A stretch of DNA of 64,000 bases from an uncultured Gammaproteobacteria bacterium. GTDB lineage: Bacteria; Patescibacteriota; Patescibacteriia; UBA1558; GWA2-36-10. The first letter of the stretch is position 1, and every line of letters starts with the position of its first letter. The position numbers and the translations under genes are program-made. Below, one piece after another: positions 20,082-31,865 of the stretch. The stretch lies in contig CAZWYP010000002.1 of assembly GCA_964638415.1 (NCBI GenBank), positions 33,997 to 97,996 of the forward strand, given 5' to 3'. The notes below the pieces were generated by a model. That model worked only from the letters and a program-made list of their open reading frames with translations, ran no database searches and had not been told where the DNA came from.

Positions 20082-21137
20082 ATGCAGTCAGCAACAATAT
20101 TATTAGTTTTGGTGATTATCGGTTTAGCAATAGTAATTTATTTGCTGCTGAAGCCGAAAAAAGAAGCCAAAGACGATAAGTCTTTATTGTTGCTGCAGAA
20201 TCAGATTAATGAATTGACTAAGCAGTTAAGTCAGAAGATTGACGCTACCACCCATCATTCCAGCAAGATGTTGCAGGATCAGTTCATGGAAACTTCTAGA
20301 ATCTCCAGAGATGTCAATGAAAAATTATTGAAACTGGAAGAAACTAATAAGCAGGTGGTAAGCTTTACCGATCAGCTGAAGAATTTGGAAAAAGTGCTAA
20401 CTAATTCCAAGAATCGGGGAGCATTAGGCGAAGCCAGCTTAGAACTTATTTTAGGCAATGTCCTGCCGCCGCAAGCCTATGAAATGCAGTATCATTTTAA
20501 GAACGGGGAAGCAGTAGATGCCGTGGTAAAGATTAAAGACAGGCTATTGCCCATTGATGCTAAGTTTTCGCTAGAGAATTACCGGAGAATTATTGATGAA
20601 GTTAATGAAGACAAGAAAATAGCCTGGGAGAAAGAATTTAAGAATGATTTGAAGAAAAGAATTGACGAAACTTCCAAATATATCCGTCCCGCTGAAAAAA
20701 CTCTGGAATTTGCTTTTATGTTTATTCCCGCTGAAGGCATATACTATGATTTACTGATAAATGAAGTAGGAGCGGTTAAGGTTAATACCAGATCGCTAAT
20801 TGAATATGCTTTTAATGAGAAGAAAGTAATTATTGTTTCTCCAACCACTTTTGCCGCTTATTTGCAGACAGTGCTGGAAGGATTAAGAGCTTTGCAGATT
20901 GAGGAGTCAGCTAAGGAGATTAGGGCTAATGTAGAGAAATTAAACAAGCACTTAAATGCTTACCAGGAATACCATAAGAAACTTGGCAGCCAATTAGCTA
21001 CCACAGTTAATACTTACAATTTCTCTGACAAAGCTTTTAAGCAAATTGACAGGGATGTGTATAAGATTGCCGGTAAAGGCGGGGAATTTGAATTGTCAGA
21101 GGTAGATAAGCCAAAATTAGGAGCAGGAGAAGAATAA
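20082..21137 (+). CDS. rmuC: DNA recombination protein RmuC
   Basis: RGALGE, PIDAKF, FAFMFIPAE, VSPTT. Confidence 0.92.
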   Translation: MQSATILLVLVIIGLAIVIYLLLKPKKEAKDDKSLLLLQNQINELTKQLSQKIDATTHHSSKMLQDQFMETSRISRDVNEKLLKLEETNKQVVSFTDQLKNLEKVLTNSKNRGALGEASLELILGNVLPPQAYEMQYHFKNGEAVDAVVKIKDRLLPIDAKFSLENYRRIIDEVNEDKKIAWEKEFKNDLKKRIDETSKYIRPAEKTLEFAFMFIPAEGIYYDLLINEVGAVKVNTRSLIEYAFNEKKVIIVSPTTFAAYLQTVLEGLRALQIEESAKEIRANVEKLNKHLNAYQEYHKKLGSQLATTVNTYNFSDKAFKQIDRDVYKIAGKGGEFELSEVDKPKLGAGEE

Positions 21138-21148
21138 AAATATATTTT

Positions 21149-21178
21149 AAAATACCCTTGACTAACGGGGTGTTTTTT
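21149..21178 (+). terminator. Intrinsic terminator
   Basis: AAAATACCC...GGGTGTTTTTT. Confidence 0.7.
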
Positions 21179-21222
21179 GCTTAGATAGAGGCACCTTAAG
21201 ATTAATAAATTAAGCGAAATAT

Positions 21223-21660
21223 ATGACTTTTGTGGCCCCTATTGAAGATGAAGGGAGTATATGTCCGGCAGCCGTTTTACGCTGTGTAGATTGGCGCTGG
21301 CGTAATTCCGACCAGGAATTTGTGACTAAAGAATTGGGTTTTGCTAATTTTGATCTATACAGCTGGCCAGGAGGCGGTCGGGAAATCCTGAAGGATAACG
21401 GTTTTAAGAAAGAATTTATTGAATACTTAGTGACTATTAGCCGGAATCTGCATGGTATTAAGAAATTAGTTTTACTTTGGCAATTAGACTGTGATCAGGA
21501 AAAGACAGTGGGTAGTTTAGCAGACAGAGAGACTAAATGCCGCCAGGATCTGCAAAAAGCTAGAGAATTATTAATTACTTCCCTACCGGAAGGTTTAGAA
21601 ATTATTCTGGCCTATAGTAAAATTACTCCCCAAGGATTGGAATACACCATAATTGAGTAA
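21223..21660 (+). CDS. Beta-carbonic-anhydrase-like protein with degenerate metal site
   Basis: CVDWR, PGG, LHGIKKLVLL..DC; the expected His of HxxC is absent. Confidence 0.6.
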   Translation: MTFVAPIEDEGSICPAAVLRCVDWRWRNSDQEFVTKELGFANFDLYSWPGGGREILKDNGFKKEFIEYLVTISRNLHGIKKLVLLWQLDCDQEKTVGSLADRETKCRQDLQKARELLITSLPEGLEIILAYSKITPQGLEYTIIE

Positions 21661-21687
21661 TTTTGTAAAGAAAAGCTAAAAAATATA

Positions 21688-21716
21688 TTGACTTATTCGC
21701 AGTAAAAGTATATAAT
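21688..21716 (+). promoter_or_regulatory. Sigma70 promoter of the atp operon
   Basis: TTGACT-17 nt-TATAAT. Confidence 0.8.
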
Positions 21717-21759
21717 GTCGTCGCACCTTTTAAGGTCGCGGCGATTTTTATTGGCATTT

Positions 21760-22056
21760 ATGAAAGAAGAATCAAAGCAGGATAAAAAATGGCTAGCGGA
21801 ATTTATTAAAGCTTCAGTGGAAATGAGTGGTTGGATTGCCGTGCCGGTAGTTGCCGCTTTATTTGCCGGACAATGGCTGGATGAGAAACAGCAGACTGGC
21901 AATTTGTATTTCTTAAGCTTAACTGGTTTGGCTTTCATAATCTCCTGCATTGGCTTGGCTTTAACCGGCAAGAGATATTTGGCTCAAGTAGAAAATAAAA
22001 ATTTAGAAGATAAAAAAGAATCAAAACAAATTGATGGCAACGGAGCAAATAATTAA
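21760..22056 (+). CDS. AtpZ/AtpI-family protein (first gene of the atp operon)
   Basis: Two TM helices with GQWLD motif, located before atpB; ATG at 21760. Confidence 0.75.
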   Translation: MKEESKQDKKWLAEFIKASVEMSGWIAVPVVAALFAGQWLDEKQQTGNLYFLSLTGLAFIISCIGLALTGKRYLAQVENKNLEDKKESKQIDGNGANN

Positions 22057-22897
22057 TCATAATAACGAAGAAGTGGTCACTACCGCTGAAGAGCACGCTA
22101 CAGAACAGGCAGTAGAAGAAGGCGGCCATGAAATTACCTTATACGCTGAACCAGTTTTTCATTTGGGAAATTTTACTATTACTAATTCACTGCTGACTTC
22201 TTGGCTGGCGGTTTTTTTAATTATTGTTTTAGCCTGGATAATTGCCCGTTCAATTAAAAAAGTGCCTGGTAAGTTTATTGGTGCCGTGGAGATGATAGTC
22301 GATGGCGCTTTGAATACTATGGACCTGGTGACCGGAGACAGAGAGAAGAGCCGCAAGATCTTTCCGGTGATTTTCGGCATTTTTGTTTTTATCTTAATTA
22401 ATAATTTAATCGGATTATTACCCGGTATCGGTTCTATTAGCTTCAACCACCATCATTTATTCAGGGGAGCTACTGCTGATTTAAATACTACTTTAGCTTT
22501 GGGAATTTTTGCCGTTTTAGCGGCTAATGTTTTAGGGGTAATCAGTGTCGGTGCTTGGAATTATTTTAATAAATTCGTCAATATTAAATCTTTTTTAGCT
22601 ATTCCCAAAGAAGTAAAAAAAGATCCCATGTCTTTATTAGTTAACCCCATCCATTTTTTTGTCGGTTTAATTGAAATCATTTCGGAAATTGCCAAGGTAT
22701 TATCCTTATCCCTTCGGCTTTTCGGCAATGTCTTTGCCGGTGAAGTATTATTAGCTTCTATGGCGGCTATTTTCGCCTTTGTCTTGCCTTTGCCTTTTAT
22801 GTTCTTGGAATTATTAGTGGGAGTGATTCAGGCTCTGATTTTCTCCGTACTTACTTTGGTTTATTTTACCGTGGCCACCACCAGCCACGAGCATTAA
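22034..22897 (+). CDS. atpB: ATP synthase Fo subunit a
   Basis: TADLNTTL, SLSLRLFGNVFAGE, QALIF. Confidence 0.96.
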   Translation: MATEQIINHNNEEVVTTAEEHATEQAVEEGGHEITLYAEPVFHLGNFTITNSLLTSWLAVFLIIVLAWIIARSIKKVPGKFIGAVEMIVDGALNTMDLVTGDREKSRKIFPVIFGIFVFILINNLIGLLPGIGSISFNHHHLFRGATADLNTTLALGIFAVLAANVLGVISVGAWNYFNKFVNIKSFLAIPKEVKKDPMSLLVNPIHFFVGLIEIISEIAKVLSLSLRLFGNVFAGEVLLASMAAIFAFVLPLPFMFLELLVGVIQALIFSVLTLVYFTVATTSHEH

Positions 22898-22936
22898 TTT
22901 GATGATTGCTGTTTGGATTATTAATCCAGACACTAA

Positions 22937-23170
<234 letters not shown>

Positions 23171-23235
23171 ATTTAACAGTTTTGACTCCGCTCCGTTAAG
23201 GCTTAACGGGAGACGGAGGATTAAGCTGTTAAATT

Positions 23236-23739
23236 ATGGAAATTTTAGGTTTATTCGGCGTAGATTGGAAACTGTTGTTAGCGCAATTGGTTAATTTTGC
23301 TATTGTGGTTGTAGTGCTATGGCAATTTGCCATTAAGCCATTAAGCAAAGCCATGGCTGAGCGTAATCAGGAGATTGCCAAAGGTTTGGAAGACGCTAAG
23401 AAATCTGCTGAGCATTTGCGCAATGCGGAAACGGAATTCAAAGCCAGATTAAAGCAGGCTCATCAGGAAGCGGATGAAATTTTGCAGTTGGCAAAAGTTC
23501 AGGCAGAGAAAAACCAGCAAGCAGCTTTGGAAAAGACTCGCGTAGAAGTGAAAAAGATTATTGATGAATCTAAGCAACGTTTGAACAGCGAAAAAGAACT
23601 GATGCTTTCTCAAGCTAAGCAGGATATTGTACAGACGGTAGTTACTGCTTTAGAGAAAATATTTGTTAATAAGCTGGATGATAAGCTTGACCAGAAATAT
23701 GTGGAAAAAATTGTCCAGGATTTACAACAGAAGAAATAA
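23236..23739 (+). CDS. atpF: ATP synthase Fo subunit b
   Basis: QLVNF..KP..ER..I pattern followed by coiled coil. Confidence 0.93.
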   Translation: MEILGLFGVDWKLLLAQLVNFAIVVVVLWQFAIKPLSKAMAERNQEIAKGLEDAKKSAEHLRNAETEFKARLKQAHQEADEILQLAKVQAEKNQQAALEKTRVEVKKIIDESKQRLNSEKELMLSQAKQDIVQTVVTALEKIFVNKLDDKLDQKYVEKIVQDLQQKK

Positions 23740-24131
23740 TGAAAAAAGACCAGGTTAAAATTTTAGCGCAAGCTTTGTATGATTTGTCAGTCAAACAGGG
23801 CAAGAGAGAGGCGGTAGATAATTTTCTAACTTATCTTCAGCATCGCCGCTTGTTTCACTTATTGCCTAAAGTAATTAAGGAAATAGAGAAACTACAAGAA
23901 GCAGATCAGGGAGTGATTAAAGTAAAAATATCTTCGCGGCATAAATTGTCCAATACAGTGGAAAAGATACTAGTGGATTTTTTAGAGCAGCGTTTGCAGA
24001 AGAAAGTAAAGGCAGAAAACAAGGTTGAAGCTAATTTACTCGGCGGAGCAGTAATTAGCTTTAATGATAAATTAATAGATTTATCATTAAGGCGTCAGCT
24101 GAATAATTTAAAGAAACAATTAATTAGTTAA
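23739..24131 (+). CDS. atpH: ATP synthase F1 subunit delta (short form)
   Basis: LLGGAVI...IDLSL C-terminus and operon position. Confidence 0.88.
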   Translation: MKKDQVKILAQALYDLSVKQGKREAVDNFLTYLQHRRLFHLLPKVIKEIEKLQEADQGVIKVKISSRHKLSNTVEKILVDFLEQRLQKKVKAENKVEANLLGGAVISFNDKLIDLSLRRQLNNLKKQLIS

Positions 24132-24140
24132 ATAAATAAC

Positions 24141-25673
24141 ATGTCCTACCAATATTTAGTGGAAAGTTTAAAGAAGCAGTTAGCAGATTGGCAAGCTTCA
24201 GCCCAGGAGGAGACGGTCGGTGAAGTGATGGAAATCGGCGATGGTATTGCCCGGGTTTCCGGCTTGTCTGACTTAATGATGTCAGAAATGGTGGAATTAG
24301 TAACCAAAGACGGTCAGAAGATCTACGGCGTAGCTTTGAACTTAGAAGAGTTTTCCATCGGTGTAATTATCTTTGGTGATTACCAAGCCTTGCGAGAAGG
24401 AGATAAGGTTTACCGTACTAAAAGAATTTTGGAAGTGCCAGTTGGCGAGCAGATTATTGGCCGAGTAATTAATCCTTTAGGTGAGCCCTTAGACGGACAA
24501 GGAGAGATTAAAACAGCTAAATCTTATCCAGTGGAAAAGATTGCACCCGGCGTTATTACCCGCCAGTCAGTCACTCAGCCACTGGCCACTGGTATTAAAG
24601 TTATTGACGCTATTATTCCGATTGGCCGCGGCCAGCGCGAGCTGATCATCGGAGACCGGCAAACCGGCAAAACCGCTTTAGCTATTGATACGATTATTAA
24701 CCAAAAAGGCAAGGATGTTATTTGCATTTATGTAGCGATTGGCCAGAAAGAGTCCAAAGTAGCCAGAATTGTTGCTAAGCTTAAGGAAATGGGAGCGATG
24801 GATTATACTACGGTAGTTTTAGCTGGTGCTTCAGAATCCGCCTCCTTGTCATATATCGCGCCTTATGCCGGTGTGGCAATTGGCGAATACTTCATGGATC
24901 AAGGCAAGGATGTTTTGGTGGTTTATGATGATTTGTCTAAGCATGCAGTAGCTTACCGCCAATTATCTTTACTATTGCGCCGTCCTCCCGGACGAGAAGC
25001 TTATCCCGGAGATGTTTTTTATCTGCACTCTCGCTTATTGGAACGCGCGGCTAAATTGAATAAAGATTATGGTGGCGGTTCTTTGACTGCTTTGCCGATT
25101 ATTGAAACACAAGCAGGAGATATTTCCGCCTATATCCCTACTAATGTTATTTCCATTACTGACGGACAGATCTTTTTAGAAACAGATTTATTCTACAAAG
25201 GCGTTCGTCCAGCGCTAAATGCCGGATTATCCGTTTCCCGCGTTGGTTCAGCAGCACAAATAAAAGCTATGAAGAAGGTGGCCGGCAAATTGAAATTGGA
25301 ATTGGCGCAGTATCGTGAATTAGAAGCTTTTGCTCAATTCGGTTCGGATTTAGATGAAGCGACTAGACGACAATTGGACAGAGGAGCGCGGATTACAGAA
25401 GTCTTGAAACAGCCGCAGTTTAAGCCTATAGCTCAATCCAAGCAGGTGGCTATTCTTTATGCTATTACTAACGGTTTTACCGACCAAATTCCGGTTGATA
25501 AAATTGCCGATTTTGAAAGCCGCTTATTTGACCGTTTAGACAGCGCTGGCAAAGAGATATTAGAAGGTATTAGCAATACTGGTATTCTTGATGAGGCCAA
25601 TGAAGAAAAATTAAAAAAATTACTAGCAGATTTATTAGATAGTCTGGATTATAAAATAGTTAAAGAGCAATAA
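24141..25673 (+). CDS. atpA: ATP synthase F1 subunit alpha
   Basis: [29 protein letters not shown]. Confidence 0.98.
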   Translation: MSYQYLVESLKKQLADWQASAQEETVGEVMEIGDGIARVSGLSDLMMSEMVELVTKDGQKIYGVALNLEEFSIGVIIFGDYQALREGDKVYRTKRILEVPVGEQIIGRVINPLGEPLDGQGEIKTAKSYPVEKIAPGVITRQSVTQPLATGIKVIDAIIPIGRGQRELIIGDRQTGKTALAIDTIINQKGKDVICIYVAIGQKESKVARIVAKLKEMGAMDYTTVVLAGASESASLSYIAPYAGVAIGEYFMDQGKDVLVVYDDLSKHAVAYRQLSLLLRRPPGREAYPGDVFYLHSRLLERAAKLNKDYGGGSLTALPIIETQAGDISAYIPTNVISITDGQIFLETDLFYKGVRPALNAGLSVSRVGSAAQIKAMKKVAGKLKLELAQYRELEAFAQFGSDLDEATRRQLDRGARITEVLKQPQFKPIAQSKQVAILYAITNGFTDQIPVDKIADFESRLFDRLDSAGKEILEGISNTGILDEANEEKLKKLLADLLDSLDYKIVKEQ

Positions 25674-26590
25674 TGGGACAAGCTAGTCGCGACATCAAAA
25701 GAAGAATTCGTTCCATCAAAAATACTAATAAGATTACCAAGGCGATGGAATTGGTTTCCGCAGCTAAAATGCGCAAAGCCGTAGCTAAAGTTTTAGCTTC
25801 CCGGTCTTATTCTGACTTAAGCTGGGAAACAGTTTTGCGTTTGGTAAAGAAAATCGATGCCGAGCAGCATCTCTTTTTCCAGCAAGTAATGCCCGTCAAG
25901 AAAGTTTTGGTTATTTTAATTTCAACTAATCGCGGTTTATGCGGCAGCTTTAATGCGCAATTAGCCCAGAAGCTAATTGATTCCATTAAATTGCATCACC
26001 CGGAAGCGCAGGATACTGACGTTATTACTTTTGGCGTTAAGGGTCGGGAAGAAGTCAGTCGTTATACCTTAAATTTAGTAGCGGATTTTGCCAAGGAAGA
26101 TATTACGGAAAATCTGCGTTCTATTTTTCCCTTAGCCCGTTTGGTTACTAAGGAATGGCAGTCTAAGAAATACCAAAAGGTCTTTGTGGCTTATACAGAT
26201 TTTATGTCGCCCTTGAAGCAAGTGCCGCATATCAAGCAGTTATTGCCTATTGTCCAGGAAATAGATGAGCGCTTAGGGCATATTAACCATGAGAAAAAAG
26301 AAGAAGTAGATAAGGTAGATACCAGCCGGATGAGTGATTTTGTTTTTGAACCGGGCAAAGTGGAAGTGCTGGATTATTTTTTACCGCGGTTATTGGAAAT
26401 GCAGATCTACCAGGCAGTATTGGAGTCTGAAGCATCGGAGCATTCAGCTCGGATGTTTGCCATGCGCAATGCTTCGGAAGCAGCGGAAGAAATGCTGCAA
26501 GAACTTACTTTAGCCTATAACCAGGCGCGACAAGCTGGTATTACTTCCGAATTAGCAGAAATTTCAGCCGGCACTGCCGCTTTAAATTAA
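25673..26590 (+). CDS. atpG: ATP synthase F1 subunit gamma
   Basis: KITKAMELVS, RGLCGSFN, NQARQAGIT. Confidence 0.97.
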   Translation: MGQASRDIKRRIRSIKNTNKITKAMELVSAAKMRKAVAKVLASRSYSDLSWETVLRLVKKIDAEQHLFFQQVMPVKKVLVILISTNRGLCGSFNAQLAQKLIDSIKLHHPEAQDTDVITFGVKGREEVSRYTLNLVADFAKEDITENLRSIFPLARLVTKEWQSKKYQKVFVAYTDFMSPLKQVPHIKQLLPIVQEIDERLGHINHEKKEEVDKVDTSRMSDFVFEPGKVEVLDYFLPRLLEMQIYQAVLESEASEHSARMFAMRNASEAAEEMLQELTLAYNQARQAGITSELAEISAGTAALN

Positions 26591-26605
26591 ATTTGAAAAG
26601 TATAA

Positions 26606-27984
<1,379 letters not shown>

Positions 27985-27985
<1 letters not shown>

Positions 27986-28422
27986 TGTCAGAGTTATTGC
28001 TTAAAATAGTTACTCCGGAAAAAGTCTTACTGTCCAAGCCAGTTAGTCAGGTTTCAGTTTCCACGGTTGAGGGACAGATTACTATTTTGCCCGGCCATGT
28101 GCCCTTGGTTAGTCGGCTGTCGCCCGGAGAAGTTATTGCCCGCTTTAATGATCAGGAAGAGAATTTAATGGTAGTTTCTTCCGGCTTAGTGGAAGTGCTG
28201 CCCGGCCAGGTAATTATCTTGGCAGATACAGCTGAGCATGTAGCGGAAATTGACGAGCAGCGCGCAGAAGAAGCCAAGCAGCGAGCGCAGGAGATTCTGA
28301 ATAACCAGATTTTGAATAAGGAAGAGTTTGCTTTCCTGACGGCGCAGATTGAAAAGGAATTAGCCAGATTAAGAGTAGTCAGAAAACATAAGAAGCACCG
28401 TATTGATGCTTCCTTGGAGTAA
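27985..28422 (+). CDS. atpC: ATP synthase F1 subunit epsilon
   Basis: IVTPE, GQITILPGHVP and C-terminal helices. Confidence 0.95.
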
Positions 28423-28433
28423 GATAAAGAAAT

Positions 28434-28479
28434 ACGCCCGCCAAGATTTCATTTGCTGAAATTTTGACGGGCGTTTTTT
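28434..28479. terminator. Terminator between the atp operon and the convergent gene
   Basis: ACGCCCG.CAAGATTTCA...TGAAATTTTG.CGGGCGT followed by a T-run. Confidence 0.8.
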
Positions 28480-28798
28480 ATTGCAGCCGGCCGCTGTTGT
28501 AGAGATCAAGTCTCTGCTTATTGGCCTGCACTTGTAGTGCTACCAGAACCAGGGAGATGATGGACAGTGTCAAAAACTCGCGGATACTGAAGAGGCGATT
28601 CTCATAAAGATTCACTGCTTCGAAGCAGAAGAAAATGGCCATAGCCAGCCAAAGCAGTTTAGCAGCAATGAAAGCATGTTGCTTGCGCAGGATTTCTGTA
28701 GGCAAGATGCTTTTACCTATTTTCCATAATTGCTGGCCGATCATAATCATGCCAAAGATAATCATTAGGATCCAGAAAGAGACAATTCCACTCAACAT
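28478..28798 (-). CDS. Hypothetical 3-TM membrane protein
   Basis: GAGGTG SD, own promoter, ends at the terminator. Confidence 0.7.
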   Translation of the reverse strand: MLSGIVSFWILMIIFGMIMIGQQLWKIGKSILPTEILRKQHAFIAAKLLWLAMAIFFCFEAVNLYENRLFSIREFLTLSIISLVLVALQVQANKQRLDLYNSGRLQ

Positions 28799-28839
28799 GT
28801 TTCACCTCGATTGTAAAATGTAAGAACTCAATGGCCTAA

Positions 28840-28868
28840 ATTTTATATAAATCATGGTATTTTGTCAA
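28840..28868 (-). promoter_or_regulatory. Sigma70-type promoter
   Basis: TTGACA-17 nt-TAAAAT on the minus strand. Confidence 0.7.
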
Positions 28869-28880
28869 TATTTATTGGCT

Positions 28881-28909
28881 TTGCTTTTCTTGACTTTTTT
28901 GGTTAAAAT
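28881..28909 (+). promoter_or_regulatory. Promoter of the UvrD-nuclease gene, probably giving a leaderless mRNA
   Basis: TTGCTT-17 nt-TAAAAT; ATG begins 7 nt after the -10 box. Confidence 0.6.
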
Positions 28910-28915
28910 ATAGTC

Positions 28916-31864
28916 ATGTCATTAGATTTAAATAAGCTAAATACTGCCCAAAAGCAGGCGGTTACTCATTTATCTGGTCCCGCGATTATTATTGCCGGGG
29001 CTGGTACTGGTAAGACCACGGTAATTACCCAGCGTATAGCTTATTTAATTGAAACTAAGGAAGCTAAGCCAGAAGAGATTCTCGCTGTCACTTTTACGGA
29101 AAAAGCCGCTGCTGAAATGGCAGAAAGAGTAGATAAATTACTACCACTAGGCTATGCGGAATTATGGATACATACTTTTCATGGCTTCTGCGAAAAGATC
29201 CTTAAAGACTATGCTCTGGATATTGGCTTACCTTCCGATTTTAAAGTCTTAGACAAAACCGGAGCCTGGCTGCTGGTCCGGCAGAATTTGGAGAAATTCA
29301 ATTTAGATTATTACCGGCCATTGGGCAATCCGACTAAATTCATTCATGCGCTATTGAGCCATTTTTCCCGCTGCAAGGATGAGGTGGTTTACCCGGAGGA
29401 TTATTTAGCTTATGCTGAGAATTTACAGTTGGACTCTGACCAAGCTGGTGACCGGGAAGATATCAAGCAGGAAATTGCCCGAGCTAAGGAAGTGGCAGAT
29501 GCTTACCATATTTACCAGCAGTTGCTTTTGGACAAGAACGCCATGGATTTTGGCGATATGATAAATTACACTCTGCGCTTGTTTCAGACCAGGCCTAAAG
29601 TCTTGGCTAAATTCCGCGAGCAGTTTAAATATATTTTAGTGGATGAATTCCAGGATACTAACTGGGCGCAGTATGAATTAATTAAATTACTGGCTGCTCC
29701 CAATAATAACCTGATGGTAGTCGGTGATGATGACCAGGCGATTTACAAATTCCGGGGCGCAGCTATTTCCAATATCTTGAGCTTCCAGAAAGATTACGGA
29801 AAAAACAAGCCCAAGCTTAAGGAAATATTCTTAACAGATAATTACCGTTCCGGACAGAAGATTCTGGATACTGCTTACAATTTTATCCAGCTGAATAATC
29901 CTGATCGCCTGGAAGCCAGATTAAAGTCAGGAAAAAAGAAGCTGAATAAGAAATTAATCAGTCACACTAAAGAAGAAGGGGAGATAAAAGTTCTGTCTTT
30001 TGCCGACAAGAATTCTGAAATTGATGGGATTATTAACAAGATAGTGGATTTGAAGAAAAAGAATAAAGATTCATTGTGGTCGGATTTTGCTATTTTGGTG
30101 CGGGCTAATGATCAGGCGCAGGGCTTTGTAAGTATGTTGCGCAAAGCCGGCTTACCTCATCAATTTATGGCTTCCCGCGGATTGTATACTCAGGACATTG
30201 TCTTAGATATCGTTGCTTACCTTAAACTGTTAGATAATTATCATGAGTCGGCATCCTTGTTCAGGATTCTTAATCTGCCAATTACCAATCTTAGCGACAA
30301 GACTTTAATTGATCTTAATCATTTGGCGAATAAGAAAAGCTGGAGTCTGTATTATTCTCTACAGCATTACCAGGGAGAAATAAATTTGGACTTAGGCCAA
30401 CAGCGTTTGATCAAATCCTTTGTTGATTTATTAAATAAGCATACGGAATTAGCTAAGCAGAAATCTGCTACCCAGGTAATTTATGCCTGGCTGGAAGAGA
30501 GTGGCTATCTGCAATTATTAACTTTAGAAGACACGCAGTACAATAAAGAGCAATTAGGTTTTTTAAACCAGTTTTTCCGCAAGATGAGGAATTGGGAAGA
30601 GGAGGCTATTGAAACTTCGGTCCGTAGTTTCTTAGCAGTGATTGATATGGAGTTAGAAGCTGGTGAACAGGGTGCTTTGGAGCAAGATACGGAAGCGGGA
30701 CCTGATGCTATTAAGATCATGACTGTGCATGGCGCTAAGGGCTTGGAATTTTCTTATGTCTTTATTACCAATTTAGTGCAATTGCGTTTTCCCAGTACCG
30801 AACGCCGTGATCCCATAGAATTGCCCGAGCAGTTTATTAAAGAACAATTGCCCTCGGGTGATGCTCACTTGCAGGAAGAGCGCCGTTTGTTTTATGTGGG
30901 TTTAACTCGCGCTAAGCGGGCGGTTTATCTGACTTGGGCTAAAGATTATGGCGGCTCTCGAGATAAAAAGCCTTCCCGTTTCTTGGAAGAGGTGAACATT
31001 GCCTCTCAGGAAATTCCGGCCAAAGCCATAGCTGAACCAACGGCAGTAGAACAGAAGAAATTGCCGGCTAAGTATCCTTTGCCTAAAACTTTCTCTTTTT
31101 CCCAGCTTAAGGCTTATGAAACCTGTCCCCGCCAGTATTATTACGCTCATGTCATAAAATTACACACCAAGGGCAAGGCGCAATTCAGTTTCGGTAAAAC
31201 CATGCACAGCACGCTTTATAAATTCTTCCAGGAAATAATTAATCGTCAGCAAGTGCAACAGCAGGCTTTGTTTGACCAAAATAAAGCTGATAAAAAATCT
31301 TCACCCAGCCTTAAAGAGCTGCTGCAGTTTTACCAGGAGTCCTGGATTGACGATTGGTATAATTCCGCGGAAGAAAAAGAAAGATATCGAGCAGAAGGAG
31401 AAAAGATTCTTAAGGAATATTATACTACTTACCAGCATAATTGGCCGGTGCCTTTATTCTTGGAAAAAGGTTTTAATTTGAAAATCAAGGAACATACTTT
31501 AAGAGGAGTGTTTGACCGAGTGGATGTTAATGCTGCCGGAGATTGGCAGATTATAGATTACAAAACCGGTACTGCTAAGGATGAGAAAATTGCCTGGGAA
31601 GATAAGAAACAGCTATTGATTTACCAGATTGCTGCGGAAGAAGTATTCCAGACTAAAATCAGCAATTTGACTTTTTATTACCTTAATAATAATTCTCCAG
31701 TATCTTTTGTCGGCACGCCAAAGGAAATAGATAAAACCAAAGAATGGATTCTGGAAATGATTGCTAAGATCTTATCTGGAGATTTTACTGCTACGCCAGG
31801 TCATGTCTGCGGTACTTGCGATTATAACAAAATCTGTCCGTTTGCTAAGTTAAGTGCCAATTAA
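28916..31864 (+). CDS. UvrD/PcrA-like SF1 helicase fused to a C-terminal PD-(D/E)XK nuclease
   Basis: AGAGTGKT, VDEFQD, GDDDQAIY, NYRS, MTVHGAKGLEF, EERRLFYVGLTRAK; C-terminal DRVD..IIDYKTG..QLLIY. Confidence 0.92.
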   Translation: MSLDLNKLNTAQKQAVTHLSGPAIIIAGAGTGKTTVITQRIAYLIETKEAKPEEILAVTFTEKAAAEMAERVDKLLPLGYAELWIHTFHGFCEKILKDYALDIGLPSDFKVLDKTGAWLLVRQNLEKFNLDYYRPLGNPTKFIHALLSHFSRCKDEVVYPEDYLAYAENLQLDSDQAGDREDIKQEIARAKEVADAYHIYQQLLLDKNAMDFGDMINYTLRLFQTRPKVLAKFREQFKYILVDEFQDTNWAQYELIKLLAAPNNNLMVVGDDDQAIYKFRGAAISNILSFQKDYGKNKPKLKEIFLTDNYRSGQKILDTAYNFIQLNNPDRLEARLKSGKKKLNKKLISHTKEEGEIKVLSFADKNSEIDGIINKIVDLKKKNKDSLWSDFAILVRANDQAQGFVSMLRKAGLPHQFMASRGLYTQDIVLDIVAYLKLLDNYHESASLFRILNLPITNLSDKTLIDLNHLANKKSWSLYYSLQHYQGEINLDLGQQRLIKSFVDLLNKHTELAKQKSATQVIYAWLEESGYLQLLTLEDTQYNKEQLGFLNQFFRKMRNWEEEAIETSVRSFLAVIDMELEAGEQGALEQDTEAGPDAIKIMTVHGAKGLEFSYVFITNLVQLRFPSTERRDPIELPEQFIKEQLPSGDAHLQEERRLFYVGLTRAKRAVYLTWAKDYGGSRDKKPSRFLEEVNIASQEIPAKAIAEPTAVEQKKLPAKYPLPKTFSFSQLKAYETCPRQYYYAHVIKLHTKGKAQFSFGKTMHSTLYKFFQEIINRQQVQQQALFDQNKADKKSSPSLKELLQFYQESWIDDWYNSAEEKERYRAEGEKILKEYYTTYQHNWPVPLFLEKGFNLKIKEHTLRGVFDRVDVNAAGDWQIIDYKTGTAKDEKIAWEDKKQLLIYQIAAEEVFQTKISNLTFYYLNNNSPVSFVGTPKEIDKTKEWILEMIAKILSGDFTATPGHVCGTCDYNKICPFAKLSAN

Positions 31865-31865
31865 C

